Source: Candidatus Poribacteria bacterium
GTDB lineage: Bacteria; Poribacteria; WGA-4E; WGA-3G
Reading direction: 5' to 3'
NCBI GenBank assembly: GCA_965205025.1
Contig: CBDBFU010000005.1
Coordinates: forward strand, 1 to 64,000
Length of the DNA stretch: 64,000 nucleotides
Position numbers and translations under genes: made by a program. Within the stretch, counting starts at the first letter, position 1; the number at the start of each line of letters is the position of its first letter. This document shows positions 1-10,270 of this stretch, piece by piece. The notes beneath the pieces were generated by a model. The model was not told where the DNA came from. It did no database searches and saw only the letters and a program-made list of their open reading frames with translations.

Positions 1-14
1 ATCAAGGAGAATAA

Positions 15-1196
15 ATGAACCTTTTGATTGATATTGTAATACCCATTGTAAAGATACTTATCATTGCACACATGTTAATTATTGGTGTTATGGTGATGAT
101 TTGGTCAGAACGACGGGTTAGTGGATGGATTCAAGACAGGTTGGGACCAAATCGTGTTGGTCCACAAGGTTACTCCAACCCATTGCAGACGAATTAAGTT
201 CCTATTTAAAGAAGACCTTATTCCCAACCATGTGGACAAACCTCTGTATGTTCTTGCACCAGCGATGCTTTTAGTTCCTGCTATGCTTACTGTCGCAGTC
301 GTGCCATTTGGAAGTTCAATCGAACTATTTGGGGAAACAATCAATCTCCAAATCGCAGATATCAATATCGGAGTTCTTTACATCTTAGCAATAACATCAC
401 TTGGTGTTTATGGTGTTGTAATTGGCGCATGGGCATCCAATAACAAATATTCTCTGTTAGGTGGTTTGCGTTCATCAGCACAGATGATTAGTTATGAATT
501 AACTCTTGGTCTATCAATAATCGGTGTGTTGATGCTATCTGAATCCTTAAGCCTACGTCAGATCGCTATAGCACAGGGTGAGGGTGTTTGGAATTGCTTT
601 ATCCATCTCCCGGCTTTTCTTGCATTTACCACTGCCATGTATGCTGAGACGAATAGACTACCATTCGATCTTGCTGAAGCTGAACAAGAACTTGTTGCAG
701 GTTATCACACCGAATATAGTAGTATGAAATTCGCGATGTTCTTTATGGCAGAATACATGAATATGATTGTTGGTTCAGCTGTAACTGTAACCCTCTTCTT
801 AGGTGGATGGCACTTTCTTCGGTTTGGAAAACATAGGTGGAGAAGGCTCTTTACTGGCTTGGACTTATCTCATTTGCTATCTTCTTTGTCAAAACTGGGA
901 TATTCTTGTTTGTGTTTATATGGGTAAGATGGACACTTCCACGATTCCGATATGATCAACTCATGAATTTCGGTTGGAAATTCCTATTACCAGTTGCTCT
1001 CACATCCATCGTTGTTACCGGAACATTGTGGATTCTAACAAATGGGAGTCAGCTTTGGATTGGTATCGGAAACGTTGTTGCAGCATTCATTGTTATATCA
1101 ATTGTTGCTGGTATATTTATGGTAGATAATACTAAAAAAGCAGCAGTAAGTAATACGGTTACATCACCACTATCTGGTTTGGATGCAATAGAATAG
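15..1196 (+). CDS. nuoH: NADH-quinone oxidoreductase subunit H, split by frameshifts (probably sequencing indels)
   Basis: [57 protein letters not shown] and [13 protein letters not shown] fall in three overlapping ORFs. Single-base fixes in short runs near 170-192 and 815-862 restore one frame. AAGGAG RBS upstream. Confidence 0.93.
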
Positions 1197-1203
1197 GAGA
1201 GAG

Positions 1204-1737
1204 TTGATGAGTGCTGAACATATACTATTTTTCATTTTTGGTGGAGTGTCTCTAATCGGGGCAATTTCTGTCATTTCATTTCGACATCCTATCTATAGTG
1301 CTCTTGCTCTGATTGTTACATTTTTTGCACAAGCAGGTTTGTTTGTCCTATTAGGGGCACACTTCGTTGCTGCTGTTCAGGTAATTGTTTATGCTGGGGC
1401 AATCATGGTCTTATTCCTATTTGTAATTATGCTACTGAATCTCGGTACACTCTCTTTGAAGGGTGCGTTATCAGGTAAACTAAAAGGTTTTGCAATTATA
1501 TTAGGTATTCTCTTAGCAATTGAAGGAATATATATTGCTGTTACCACCCTTGATAATTCAAATACCGCTGTAGCCACAAGTGAAGTTGCTGCAGATTCCT
1601 CTTACTCAATTACCCAGATAGGAGAGTTATTATTTCGTGATTACTTACTCCCCTTTGAAGTTACATCACTCATCTTGTTAGCAGCTTTAATAGGTGTAAT
1701 TGTTTTAGTAAAACGCGAGAATCAACCTGAAAACTAA
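1204..1737 (+). CDS. nuoJ: NADH-quinone oxidoreductase subunit J
   Basis: QVIVYAGAIMVLFLFVIMLL and YLLPFEVTSLILLAALIG motifs; operon position. Confidence 0.95.
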   Translation: MMSAEHILFFIFGGVSLIGAISVISFRHPIYSALALIVTFFAQAGLFVLLGAHFVAAVQVIVYAGAIMVLFLFVIMLLNLGTLSLKGALSGKLKGFAIILGILLAIEGIYIAVTTLDNSNTAVATSEVAADSSYSITQIGELLFRDYLLPFEVTSLILLAALIGVIVLVKRENQPEN

Positions 1738-1781
1738 TATAATTCTGGAGTCACATCTACAATATATGTAGTGTATAGTTT

Positions 1782-2084
1782 ATGTTGTCAATAGAATACT
1801 ATCTCATTTTGAGTGCTCTTCTTTTTACAATAGGTGTTATAGGTGTATTAATCCGTAGAAACGCTATAATCATCTTTATGTGTATTGAACTAATGCTAAA
1901 TGCAGCAAATCTTGCCTTTGTAGCGATAAGTCGAAGTCTCGGAGAAGTTGAAGGACAATTATTCGTATTTTTCGTTATGGCTGTTGCTGCCGCAGAAGTG
2001 GCAATCGGGTTAGCAATAATAGTTAGTGTCTTTAAACATCGTGAAACGATAAATGTTGATGAAGTCAATTCGCTGAAAGGATAG
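1782..2084 (+). CDS. nuoK: NADH-quinone oxidoreductase subunit K
   Basis: [20 protein letters not shown] and [11 protein letters not shown]; 100 aa. Confidence 0.97.
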   Translation: MLSIEYYLILSALLFTIGVIGVLIRRNAIIIFMCIELMLNAANLAFVAISRSLGEVEGQLFVFFVMAVAAAEVAIGLAIIVSVFKHRETINVDEVNSLKG

Positions 2085-2176
2085 GTACATTGGTTTCAGG
2101 AAACGGTTATTAATGAGGTGATTAACTTCCTCTAACTGACCAATTACTGAAAATCTGACCAACTGAAGGAAATAAA

Positions 2177-4117
2177 ATGTCTCTGAATCTGATTGTTATT
2201 CTGTTAATTTCTCCATTTGTAGGATTCCTCATTAATGGATTATTTGGCAAATGGCTAAAAGGAAATGAAAAACTCAGCGGATGGATCGGTACCCTTGCAG
2301 TACTCGTCTCCTTAATCTGTTCGATTATCGCTTTCATTAGTATTAATGGTAGTGGAGAACCGCTTGAAGGCGAGGCTGGTGTTCTCTATACATGGATTTC
2401 AGGTGAAGCCTTTACTTTCAACATCGGTTTTCACGTTGATGCATTAACAACTATAATGCTGTTAGTCATCACAGGTGTCGGATTTCTTATTCATGTATAT
2501 TCCATAGGATATATGCATGGAGATGAAGGATACACACGTTATTTTGCATATCTAAATCTGTTTGTCTTCGCAATGCTTATCCTTGTTCTCGGCAATAATT
2601 ATCTATTGATGTTTGTTGGATGGGAAGGGGTCGGTCTTTGCTCATATCTTCTAATCGGGTTTTGGTATGAAAAACAATCTGCTACAGATGCTGGAAAGAA
2701 AGCCTTTATTGTCAATAGAATCGGTGATTTCGGATTCCTACTGGGTATGTTCACACTATTTGCTGTATTTGGTACACTTGATTTTGGTAGTATCTTTGAA
2801 ACTGCTAAGGAATTACAACCTGCAGCAGATGGGATGGGTTTTGTTGAGACAGACAATTTCGATCAGATTTTCGGTGCAAGCACACTTGTTATTGCAACAT
2901 TACTACTCTTTGTCGGTGCAGTCGGAAAATCCGCACAGATACCGCTATATGTGTGGCTACCAGATGCGATGGAAGGCCCAACCCCTGTCAGTGCATTAAT
3001 ACATGCTGCTACGATGGTTACCGCAGGCGTTTATATGATAGCACGGTCAGCAGTATTATATGATATCGCACACACTGGAATGGTTGTTGCATGGATTGGG
3101 GTTCTAACAGCGTTCTTCGCCGCAACAATAGCATTAAAACAGAACGATATTAAACGGATTCTCGCCTATTCCACTGTCAGTCAACTCGGTTATATGTTTG
3201 TTGGTGTTGGTGTTGGGGCGTATGCTTCAGGTATTTTTCACCTTGTAACTCATGCATTTTTTAAGGGATTAATGTTCCTTACCGCAGGTAGTGTGATGCA
3301 CGCTATGTCAAACGAATTAGATATGCGGAAGATGGGTGGACTCAGAAGTAAAATGCCTATCACACATGCAACTTTCTTAGTTGGCGCGTTAGCGATTGCA
3401 GGATTTCCATTCTTAAGCGGTTTCTGGAGTAAGGATGAGATATTACACAGTGCATGGGGTAGTTCTCCATACATCTATATCATCGGTCTAATCACAGCCT
3501 TCCTAACAGCATTTTATATGTTCCGTCTTATTTTTGTGACATTCTATGGTGAATCCCGCGTTGATTCTGAAACAGCTTCACATCTTCATGAATCCCCTTC
3601 AGTCATGTGGTTACCATTAGTAATTCTTGCTGTACCATCTGCATTGATAGGACTTTTGTTAGGTATAGGTGGACATAACAGTTGGTTTCACGAGTTTACT
3701 AAGGATGTGTTCCCCGCAGCACACGGTGAGCTTGAAGGTAGTGTAATTCTGTTTATGGCAATATCATCTATTGTAGGTTTAGGTGGTATTCTATTTGCTT
3801 GGACACGTTATTCGAATCGTGTACCTGCTGATGAATCTTCTAATTCTTTAGAAAAACTCGTTGAGAACAAATACTATATTGACGAGGTATATAATACATT
3901 TATCGTACAACCCATCAAGAACGGTTCCCATTTCTTATTATGGAAACTATTTGATACAGGAATCATTGATGGAATTGTTAACGGTGTTGCAGCTGTAGTC
4001 AGATGGTTTGGAGGAACATTAAGACGGATTCAAACTGGAATCGTTCAGGCATATATTGTGTCAATGGTAATAGGCATCGTGATTTTCCTTGCCTTCTATC
4101 TGTTTGTTGTAAATTGA
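2177..4117 (+). CDS. nuoL: NADH-quinone oxidoreductase subunit L
   Basis: GWEGVGLCSYLLIGF, KSAQIPLYVWLPDAMEGPTPVSALIHAATMV, HAFFKG. Confidence 0.97.
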   Translation: MSLNLIVILLISPFVGFLINGLFGKWLKGNEKLSGWIGTLAVLVSLICSIIAFISINGSGEPLEGEAGVLYTWISGEAFTFNIGFHVDALTTIMLLVITGVGFLIHVYSIGYMHGDEGYTRYFAYLNLFVFAMLILVLGNNYLLMFVGWEGVGLCSYLLIGFWYEKQSATDAGKKAFIVNRIGDFGFLLGMFTLFAVFGTLDFGSIFETAKELQPAADGMGFVETDNFDQIFGASTLVIATLLLFVGAVGKSAQIPLYVWLPDAMEGPTPVSALIHAATMVTAGVYMIARSAVLYDIAHTGMVVAWIGVLTAFFAATIALKQNDIKRILAYSTVSQLGYMFVGVGVGAYASGIFHLVTHAFFKGLMFLTAGSVMHAMSNELDMRKMGGLRSKMPITHATFLVGALAIAGFPFLSGFWSKDEILHSAWGSSPYIYIIGLITAFLTAFYMFRLIFVTFYGESRVDSETASHLHESPSVMWLPLVILAVPSALIGLLLGIGGHNSWFHEFTKDVFPAAHGELEGSVILFMAISSIVGLGGILFAWTRYSNRVPADESSNSLEKLVENKYYIDEVYNTFIVQPIKNGSHFLLWKLFDTGIIDGIVNGVAAVVRWFGGTLRRIQTGIVQAYIVSMVIGIVIFLAFYLFVVN

Positions 4118-4174
4118 TGAAATATAACTAATGGATTTGTCTATTTTCTTGAGTTCAATCTATATGAGAAGTAG

Positions 4175-5053
4175 ATGAGTAAAAACACTTTTAAACCTCG
4201 TGATTTACTAAATAAAGAAGTTGCTGGCATCTGCGGTGCTGCAAGACTGGCAGATAAAGCACGAGCTGCACATTCTGGAGAAGTTGGAAGCTATAAATAC
4301 GGTGCTGATTCTAAGCAAGATAGTGGTATTTTATCCTTCCTTGGCATTTCAGCGGATGCTTTTCAAGAAGCATCTGTACAGCATACAAATGATGTCAGAC
4401 TCGGCGTATGGGTTCTGGATCACTGCAGCAGATCGGATGAGGAAATTTCGAAGTTTAATCATCAACTGGTATCTTGGTGGCGAAAAAATACGCCTCAGGA
4501 TTATTTGTCAAAACGTCGTCGCGAATTAGTGAAGGATAATGATGATAGACCGCCTTTTCTGCAGTTTATGATGACAGGACATTTGTTTTTAATAGGGTTG
4601 ATGCTTTGGGTAGGGTGGATGCTTTGGAAATTCTTGAAAAGAAAGAAAGAAAATACTTTTCAACCGCGAGATATACTCAGTAAAGAAGTTGCTGGTATCT
4701 GTGGTGTCGCAAGGTTAACAGATAAGGCACGAGCTGAACATTCTGGAGAACTTGGTAGTTATAAATACGGTGTTGATTCTAAGCAAGATAGTGGTGTTTT
4801 GACATTCCTTGGTATTTCAGCGGATACTTTTCAAGAAGCATCTATAAAGCATACAAATGATGTCAGACTCGGCGCGTGGATTTTGAATAACTGCAATAGA
4901 TCGGATGAGGAAATTTTGAAGTTTAATCGTCAGTTAGTGTCTTGGTGGCGAAAAAATACGCCTCACAATTATTTGCTAAAACGTCGTAGTAAATTAACAA
5001 ACGAAGAAACAACTTCTCATAATAGAGATGGTGGTTGTTTTGGTGCAGTATAG
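4175..5053 (+). CDS. Tandem DUF5069-like domain protein with central hydrophobic segment
   Basis: Two near-identical ~115 aa repeats (PRD..K.VAGICG.ARL.DKARA.HSGE.GSYKYG.DS.QD...L.FLGI), also visible at DNA level, separated by a hydrophobic stretch. Family assignment from recalled motif. Confidence 0.65.
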   Translation: MSKNTFKPRDLLNKEVAGICGAARLADKARAAHSGEVGSYKYGADSKQDSGILSFLGISADAFQEASVQHTNDVRLGVWVLDHCSRSDEEISKFNHQLVSWWRKNTPQDYLSKRRRELVKDNDDRPPFLQFMMTGHLFLIGLMLWVGWMLWKFLKRKKENTFQPRDILSKEVAGICGVARLTDKARAEHSGELGSYKYGVDSKQDSGVLTFLGISADTFQEASIKHTNDVRLGAWILNNCNRSDEEILKFNRQLVSWWRKNTPHNYLLKRRSKLTNEETTSHNRDGGCFGAV

Positions 5054-5252
5054 GTGAATGTATATTTTGGTTATTGGACTTTTTGTTGGACTGTTGATTT
5101 TGTCTGACTTATGTTAAGATTGAGTAATTCGAAAAATTGTTTCCGTTTGCAGCACGCATAATGTCAATGTCAAATTAAGGGATTCACAGATCAATTTGGC
5201 TTGGATTTATTTCAATGTGCTAAAGTAGCACCACATATCAAAGGAGAATTAT

Positions 5253-6839
5253 TTGCTACTTTCATTAGTTATTTTCTTACCACTACTTGGCGTAATTGCA
5301 ATTGCATTGCTCAGAGGAATGGGGGCATCTACTGTTAAAGGCATTGCACTTATCATAAGTTTATTGACATTCCTCATCTCAATTGGATTATATTATGGTT
5401 TTGACGCGAATATTGAAGGTTTTCAAACTGCGGATCTATTACGCCAGAAACTGAACTGGATCCCTGATTTAGGTATTAGTTACCACGTAGGTGTTGATGG
5501 TATTTCTCTTTGGTTAATACTACTCACAACATTCCTAACCCCAATATGTGTTATTGCTGCCTGGAATTCCATTGAAAAAGGGTTAAGTGGGTTCATGATG
5601 TCCCTCCTTGCTCTGGAAACTGGAATGTTAGGTGTATTCTGTTCTTTAGATCTATTTCTTTTCTTTGTTTTCTGGGAATCGATGCTAATTCCAATGTATT
5701 TCCTCATAGGTATATGGGGTGGAGAAAGACGGATTTATGCGACTGTCAAGTTCGTTCTGTATACTATGGCTGGCAGTGCACTCATGTTAGTTGGAATATT
5801 AGCACTTTATTTCCAAAATGATAGTAGTTTCGATTTTGTCGCACTAACACAAAGTGGTCCTTTTGAACATTCACATTATCTATTCCTTGCATTCTTTATA
5901 GCATTTGCCATTAAAGTTCCTCTCTTTCCATTCCATACTTGGTTACCAGATGCACACGTTGAAGCACCCACAGTTGGTAGTGTAATCCTTGCAGGTGTGC
6001 TACTTAAAATGGGTACGTATGGTATAGTCCGGTTTTGTCTCCCACTATTTCCAGAAGCGGCTGCGAATGCTACTTCTTGGATAATCCCACTTGCTGTTAT
6101 AGGTATTATCTACGGTGCATTAGTAGCAATGGTACAACCCGATTTAAAAAAACTGGTAGCATATTCCAGTGTTAGCCACCTCGGTTTTGTTGTATTAGGT
6201 TTATTTTCTCAAAGCCATGCCGGGATACAAGGTAGTGTTCTGCAGATGATAAATCACGGTTTAAGCACTGGAGCGCTCTTCCTTTTAGTTGGAATGATTT
6301 ATGAACGACGTCATAGTCGTATGATTGTCGATTTTGGTGGACTGGCGAAACGAATGCCGATATTTGCAACTTTCTTCCTAATAGTCACTTTATCCTCTAT
6401 CGGATTACCCGGTCTCAACGGATTTGTTGGTGAATTCATGATTTTATTGGGTAGTTTTACGAAAGGTGCATTTTCAATATGGTATGTGGTTTTTGCAACT
6501 ACAGGTGTGATTCTGGCAGCAGTCTATATGCTGTGGATGTACCAAAGAGTTATGTTTGGTAAACTTGATTCTGCCAACGAATCACTTCCTGATTTGGACC
6601 AACGAGAAATTGTTCTCCTAATTCCAATCCTGGTGTTGATTGTTTGGATAGGTGTCCATCCAAATTCATTCTTAAAACCTATGAAAATGTCAGTTGATGA
6701 AGTAGTGAGAAAGGTAGACATGACACAAACCACACCTGCTGTTGGACAATTGGATATTAATGAGGATCCTATTGAATCAAATAAAATGATTAAAAATGAA
6801 CAAATTATATTAGTTGATGAGGAGGCACAGATTAAGTAG
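5253..6839 (+). CDS. nuoM: NADH-quinone oxidoreductase subunit M
   Basis: FFVFWESMLIPMY, KVPLFPFHTWLPDAHVEAP, LKMGTYG; TTG start after AAAGGAG. Confidence 0.97.
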   Translation: MLLSLVIFLPLLGVIAIALLRGMGASTVKGIALIISLLTFLISIGLYYGFDANIEGFQTADLLRQKLNWIPDLGISYHVGVDGISLWLILLTTFLTPICVIAAWNSIEKGLSGFMMSLLALETGMLGVFCSLDLFLFFVFWESMLIPMYFLIGIWGGERRIYATVKFVLYTMAGSALMLVGILALYFQNDSSFDFVALTQSGPFEHSHYLFLAFFIAFAIKVPLFPFHTWLPDAHVEAPTVGSVILAGVLLKMGTYGIVRFCLPLFPEAAANATSWIIPLAVIGIIYGALVAMVQPDLKKLVAYSSVSHLGFVVLGLFSQSHAGIQGSVLQMINHGLSTGALFLLVGMIYERRHSRMIVDFGGLAKRMPIFATFFLIVTLSSIGLPGLNGFVGEFMILLGSFTKGAFSIWYVVFATTGVILAAVYMLWMYQRVMFGKLDSANESLPDLDQREIVLLIPILVLIVWIGVHPNSFLKPMKMSVDEVVRKVDMTQTTPAVGQLDINEDPIESNKMIKNEQIILVDEEAQIK

Positions 6840-8326
6840 TGAAATCAAGACTTGCCTCCTGTCTTATAGTTTTTGTTATACTCGGACTAATCCTTTCTTT
6901 CTCTACACAAGTCTTCGGTGCTGACGAAGAAGCACACGGACATTATAAAGTTGATGGTACGAAATTACCTATTTGGAGTATAATTCCATTTGTTGGTATT
7001 CTACTATCAATCGCACTTTTACCACTTTTGTTGGATTCTCATTTTCTTGTTCATCATGGTGGAAAGATGTCATTGGCATGGGGGTTAATCTTTGCAATAC
7101 CCTACCTTATTGCCTACGGAGGGGATGCTTTTCACGATATTCTATACATCTATCTAATTGACTATATCCCATTTATTGTGCTTTTATGGGGTCTGTTCAC
7201 AGTAGCGGGTGGAATTCTCGTACGTGGTACGTTACGCGGTACTCCGTTAGTTAATACATTGTTGCTACTAATCGGTACTGTAATTGCATCTTGGATAGGG
7301 ACAACAGGCGCATCAATGCTCCTGATTCGTCCATTAATTCGTGCTAACGAATATCGAAAGAGCAAGGTTCATCTGGTTGTATTCTTCATATTTCTGGTTA
7401 GCAATATCGGAGGATCTTTAACACCTCTGGGAGACCCACCACTCTTCTTAGGTTTTTTACATGGTGTGCCTTTCTTCTGGACAACAACAGCATTATTCCC
7501 ACACATGCTATTTATTAGTGTGATCTTAATTGTGCTCTTCTTCATTATAGACACATTTATGTTCAAACGCGAAGGTGGTGTCGTACCAGACGATGGAACT
7601 AACGAACCAATTCGGATTGATGGTCTCTTTAATCTCATTTTCCTTTTTGGTATTATCGCCGCTGTTTTGATGAGTGGAACTTACAAATGGGGAGAAATAA
7701 GTATAATCGGGGTTCATGTATATTGGCAAAATATAGCACGTGATGTTCTAATCGTGGTGATGGGACTTTTATCCCTAATGTTTACTCCCTTTACTGGTGA
7801 ATTACGGAAAGCAAACGAGTTTTCATGGGAACCTATTGAAGAAGTAGCCAAAATTTTTGCTGGGATCTTTATTACTATAATTCCCGCTTTGACGATTCTC
7901 GGTGTTGGGGAGAAAGGCGCACTCAGCGGATTAATCGTAGCAATTGAACAACCTTGGCATTACTTCTGGATAACTGGGGGACTCTCAAGTTTCTTAGATA
8001 ACGCACCAACCTATTTAACCTTCTACAACACAGCTCTTGGAAAGTTACATTTAGTCGAAGATCAAGTTCCGGATATATTGAATACACCGATTGCTGAATT
8101 AGCAGTCACTGAACATCAAACTTTTGTAAGACTACTGACTGCTATATCTGTCGGGGCTGTTTTCATGGGAGCGAACACTTATATCGGAAACGCACCTAAT
8201 TTCATGGTAAAAGCGATAGCTGAACAGAGCGGCATCCGCATGCCCAGTTTCTTTGGCTATATGTTATGGTCAGTTATTATCTTAGTTCCACTTTTTGTGG
8301 TTGTAACTTTTGTGTTCCTTCTGTAG
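6839..8326 (+). CDS. IT-superfamily (NhaD/ArsB/CitMHS-like) putative sodium:proton antiporter
   Basis: Polytopic protein with SNIGGSLTPLGDPPLFLG, SSFLDNAPTY and GANTYIGNAPNFMVK motifs. GTG start overlaps the nuoM stop; signal-peptide-like N-terminus. Confidence 0.8.
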   Translation: MKSRLASCLIVFVILGLILSFSTQVFGADEEAHGHYKVDGTKLPIWSIIPFVGILLSIALLPLLLDSHFLVHHGGKMSLAWGLIFAIPYLIAYGGDAFHDILYIYLIDYIPFIVLLWGLFTVAGGILVRGTLRGTPLVNTLLLLIGTVIASWIGTTGASMLLIRPLIRANEYRKSKVHLVVFFIFLVSNIGGSLTPLGDPPLFLGFLHGVPFFWTTTALFPHMLFISVILIVLFFIIDTFMFKREGGVVPDDGTNEPIRIDGLFNLIFLFGIIAAVLMSGTYKWGEISIIGVHVYWQNIARDVLIVVMGLLSLMFTPFTGELRKANEFSWEPIEEVAKIFAGIFITIIPALTILGVGEKGALSGLIVAIEQPWHYFWITGGLSSFLDNAPTYLTFYNTALGKLHLVEDQVPDILNTPIAELAVTEHQTFVRLLTAISVGAVFMGANTYIGNAPNFMVKAIAEQSGIRMPSFFGYMLWSVIILVPLFVVVTFVFLL

Positions 8327-8412
8327 GAGATAACAACGTTTGGAAGAATCATTGATGAACATATATACTGTATCCTATTGCTATTATGGAGTATTTTCAA
8401 CGGAGGTCTTGA

Positions 8413-9848
8413 ATGCCAACAATTAACTGGTTATTGTTGATGCCAGAATTGGTAATTGTTTCAACACTGTTCATTGTTCTTATCTTTGACATGATTGACT
8501 CACTGTCAAAGAAGGTGCTTGGATGGATAACTATTGTTGGAGCAGCTATTGCACTGTGGGTTTCTATAGACATGCTATTAACAAATGAGGTGGGAACACA
8601 ATTCAGTGGTATGTTTGAGATCGACTCATATTCACTCTTTTTTAATATCATATTTCTGGTTTCTACAATTCTGGTCACACTTATTTCTCTTAGTTATTTG
8701 GGCAGAGACGATAAAAAACAGGGACCATACTACCTCCTGATTCTACTTGCTACATTGGGTATGATGTTAATGGCAGCAGGGAATGAGTTAATAATTGTCT
8801 TTCTTGGTTTAGAACTCATGTCATTATCCCTATATGTCTTAGCAGGATATTTCCGTGAAAGTCCAGCATCAAGTGAAGCAGGAATGAAATACCTGTTACT
8901 TGGTGCATTCGCGAGTGCTTTTTTTCTCTACGGAATTGCACTTATCTATGGAGCAGCTGGAACAACAAGCATTCCTGACATAGCAGATGAACTAACAGAA
9001 AACAGTATATCACCTTTACTATTATCAGGAATGTTCCTACTCATCGTAGGTTTTGGCTTTAAGGTAGCAATTGTCCCATTCCATCAATGGGCACCAGATG
9101 TATATGAAGGAGCACCTACCACAATCGCTGCCTTCATCTCTGCAGGACCAAAAGCTGCTGGTTTCGCAGCATTTATTAGGATATTTATGGAAAGCATTAC
9201 CAGACATGCAACCACAATGGAACGGTGTAATTATCCTACTGGCAATGATTACCAATGACGGGTGGGAATATCATAGCAATTGCACAGACAAACATTAAAC
9301 GGATGTTGGCATACTCAAGTATTGCTCATGCTGGTTACATTCTAATAGGTTTAGCTGCAGCCAATAACGATGGCACAGCGAGTGCAATGTTATATCTGTT
9401 GATTTATTGTGTTATGAATATCGCAGCCTTTGGAGCAGTGATATTAGCAAAGAATGCTGACGGTGAAAGCCTATTAATTACCGATTACGCTGGACTCGGC
9501 TTTCGAAAACCAATACTCGGTCTATTCCTAACGCTTATGTTATTATCTCTCGCGGGATTTCCACCAACTGCCGGTTTCGTAGGAAAATTCTATATCTTTA
9601 AATCTGCTGTCCAGTCTGGTCATGTTTGGCTTGTAATCATAGGAGCAATCAACACTGCAATCTCAGCATTCTACTACTTACGTGTTGTGGTAACTATGTA
9701 CATGAATGAACCAGAAGATGAATTAGAGTTCAACCCATATCCCTCAACATTAATCTTAGGATTAGTCATTGCTTCCATAGTAGTACTCCTAATAGGTATT
9801 CTACCTTCACCTCTACTTAGTACTGTGAAGAATGCAGTCATGATGTAA
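8413..9848 (+). CDS. nuoN: NADH-quinone oxidoreductase subunit N, split by frameshift (probably sequencing indels)
   Basis: EAGMKY, FKVAIVPFHQWAPDVYEGAP, KRMLAYSSIAHAGY. Removing one A near 9192 and one C near 9252 gives a continuous MEALPDMQPQWNGVIILLAMITMTGGN. Confidence 0.93.
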
Positions 9849-9883
9849 ATTGTTACGATAATCATCGCTCATTGTCCATTTTT

Positions 9884-9927
9884 ACACCTCAATATTGATA
9901 ATTGTAATCAATATTGAGGTGTTTTTG
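9884..9927 (+). terminator. Rho-independent terminator after nuoN
   Basis: 16-bp stem ACACCTCAATATTGAT / ATCAATATTGAGGTGT followed by a T-run. Confidence 0.8.
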
Positions 9928-10270
9928 TTACTACCATCTAACATATACTAATTAAAATGGAACTTTATTCCTTCCATATTGTAGTAACCTATAGATTGAT
10001 AAATTCTAAGCTTTGAACCATTTTAGATTATTTAGTATTGTTCTGGGTTAACACTTAACACCAACATATTGATATCAAACGGGTATTATGTTGATACATC
10101 TATCGTCTGTTTAACGCTCACGGTCTATACAAAAATGTAAGCTTGAATTATATCGTTTGGGCAAGAGAAGACGGAATCCCATTTGACCTAATTATAATGT
10201 CAAATATCAACGAGGATGATAGGGTCTGTCAATCATTGAAATAGACGTTGTTCTATTATAAAGATTTAAT

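Noticed and set aside
165-865. nuoH frameshifts as pseudogenisation or programmed frameshifting
   Set aside because: Four single-base indels in short homopolymers restore canonical NuoH (GLLQPIADGIK). The rest of the operon is intact, so sequencing error is more likely.
9185-9260. Split nuoN
   Set aside because: Two single-base insertions in short runs explain it; probable read error.
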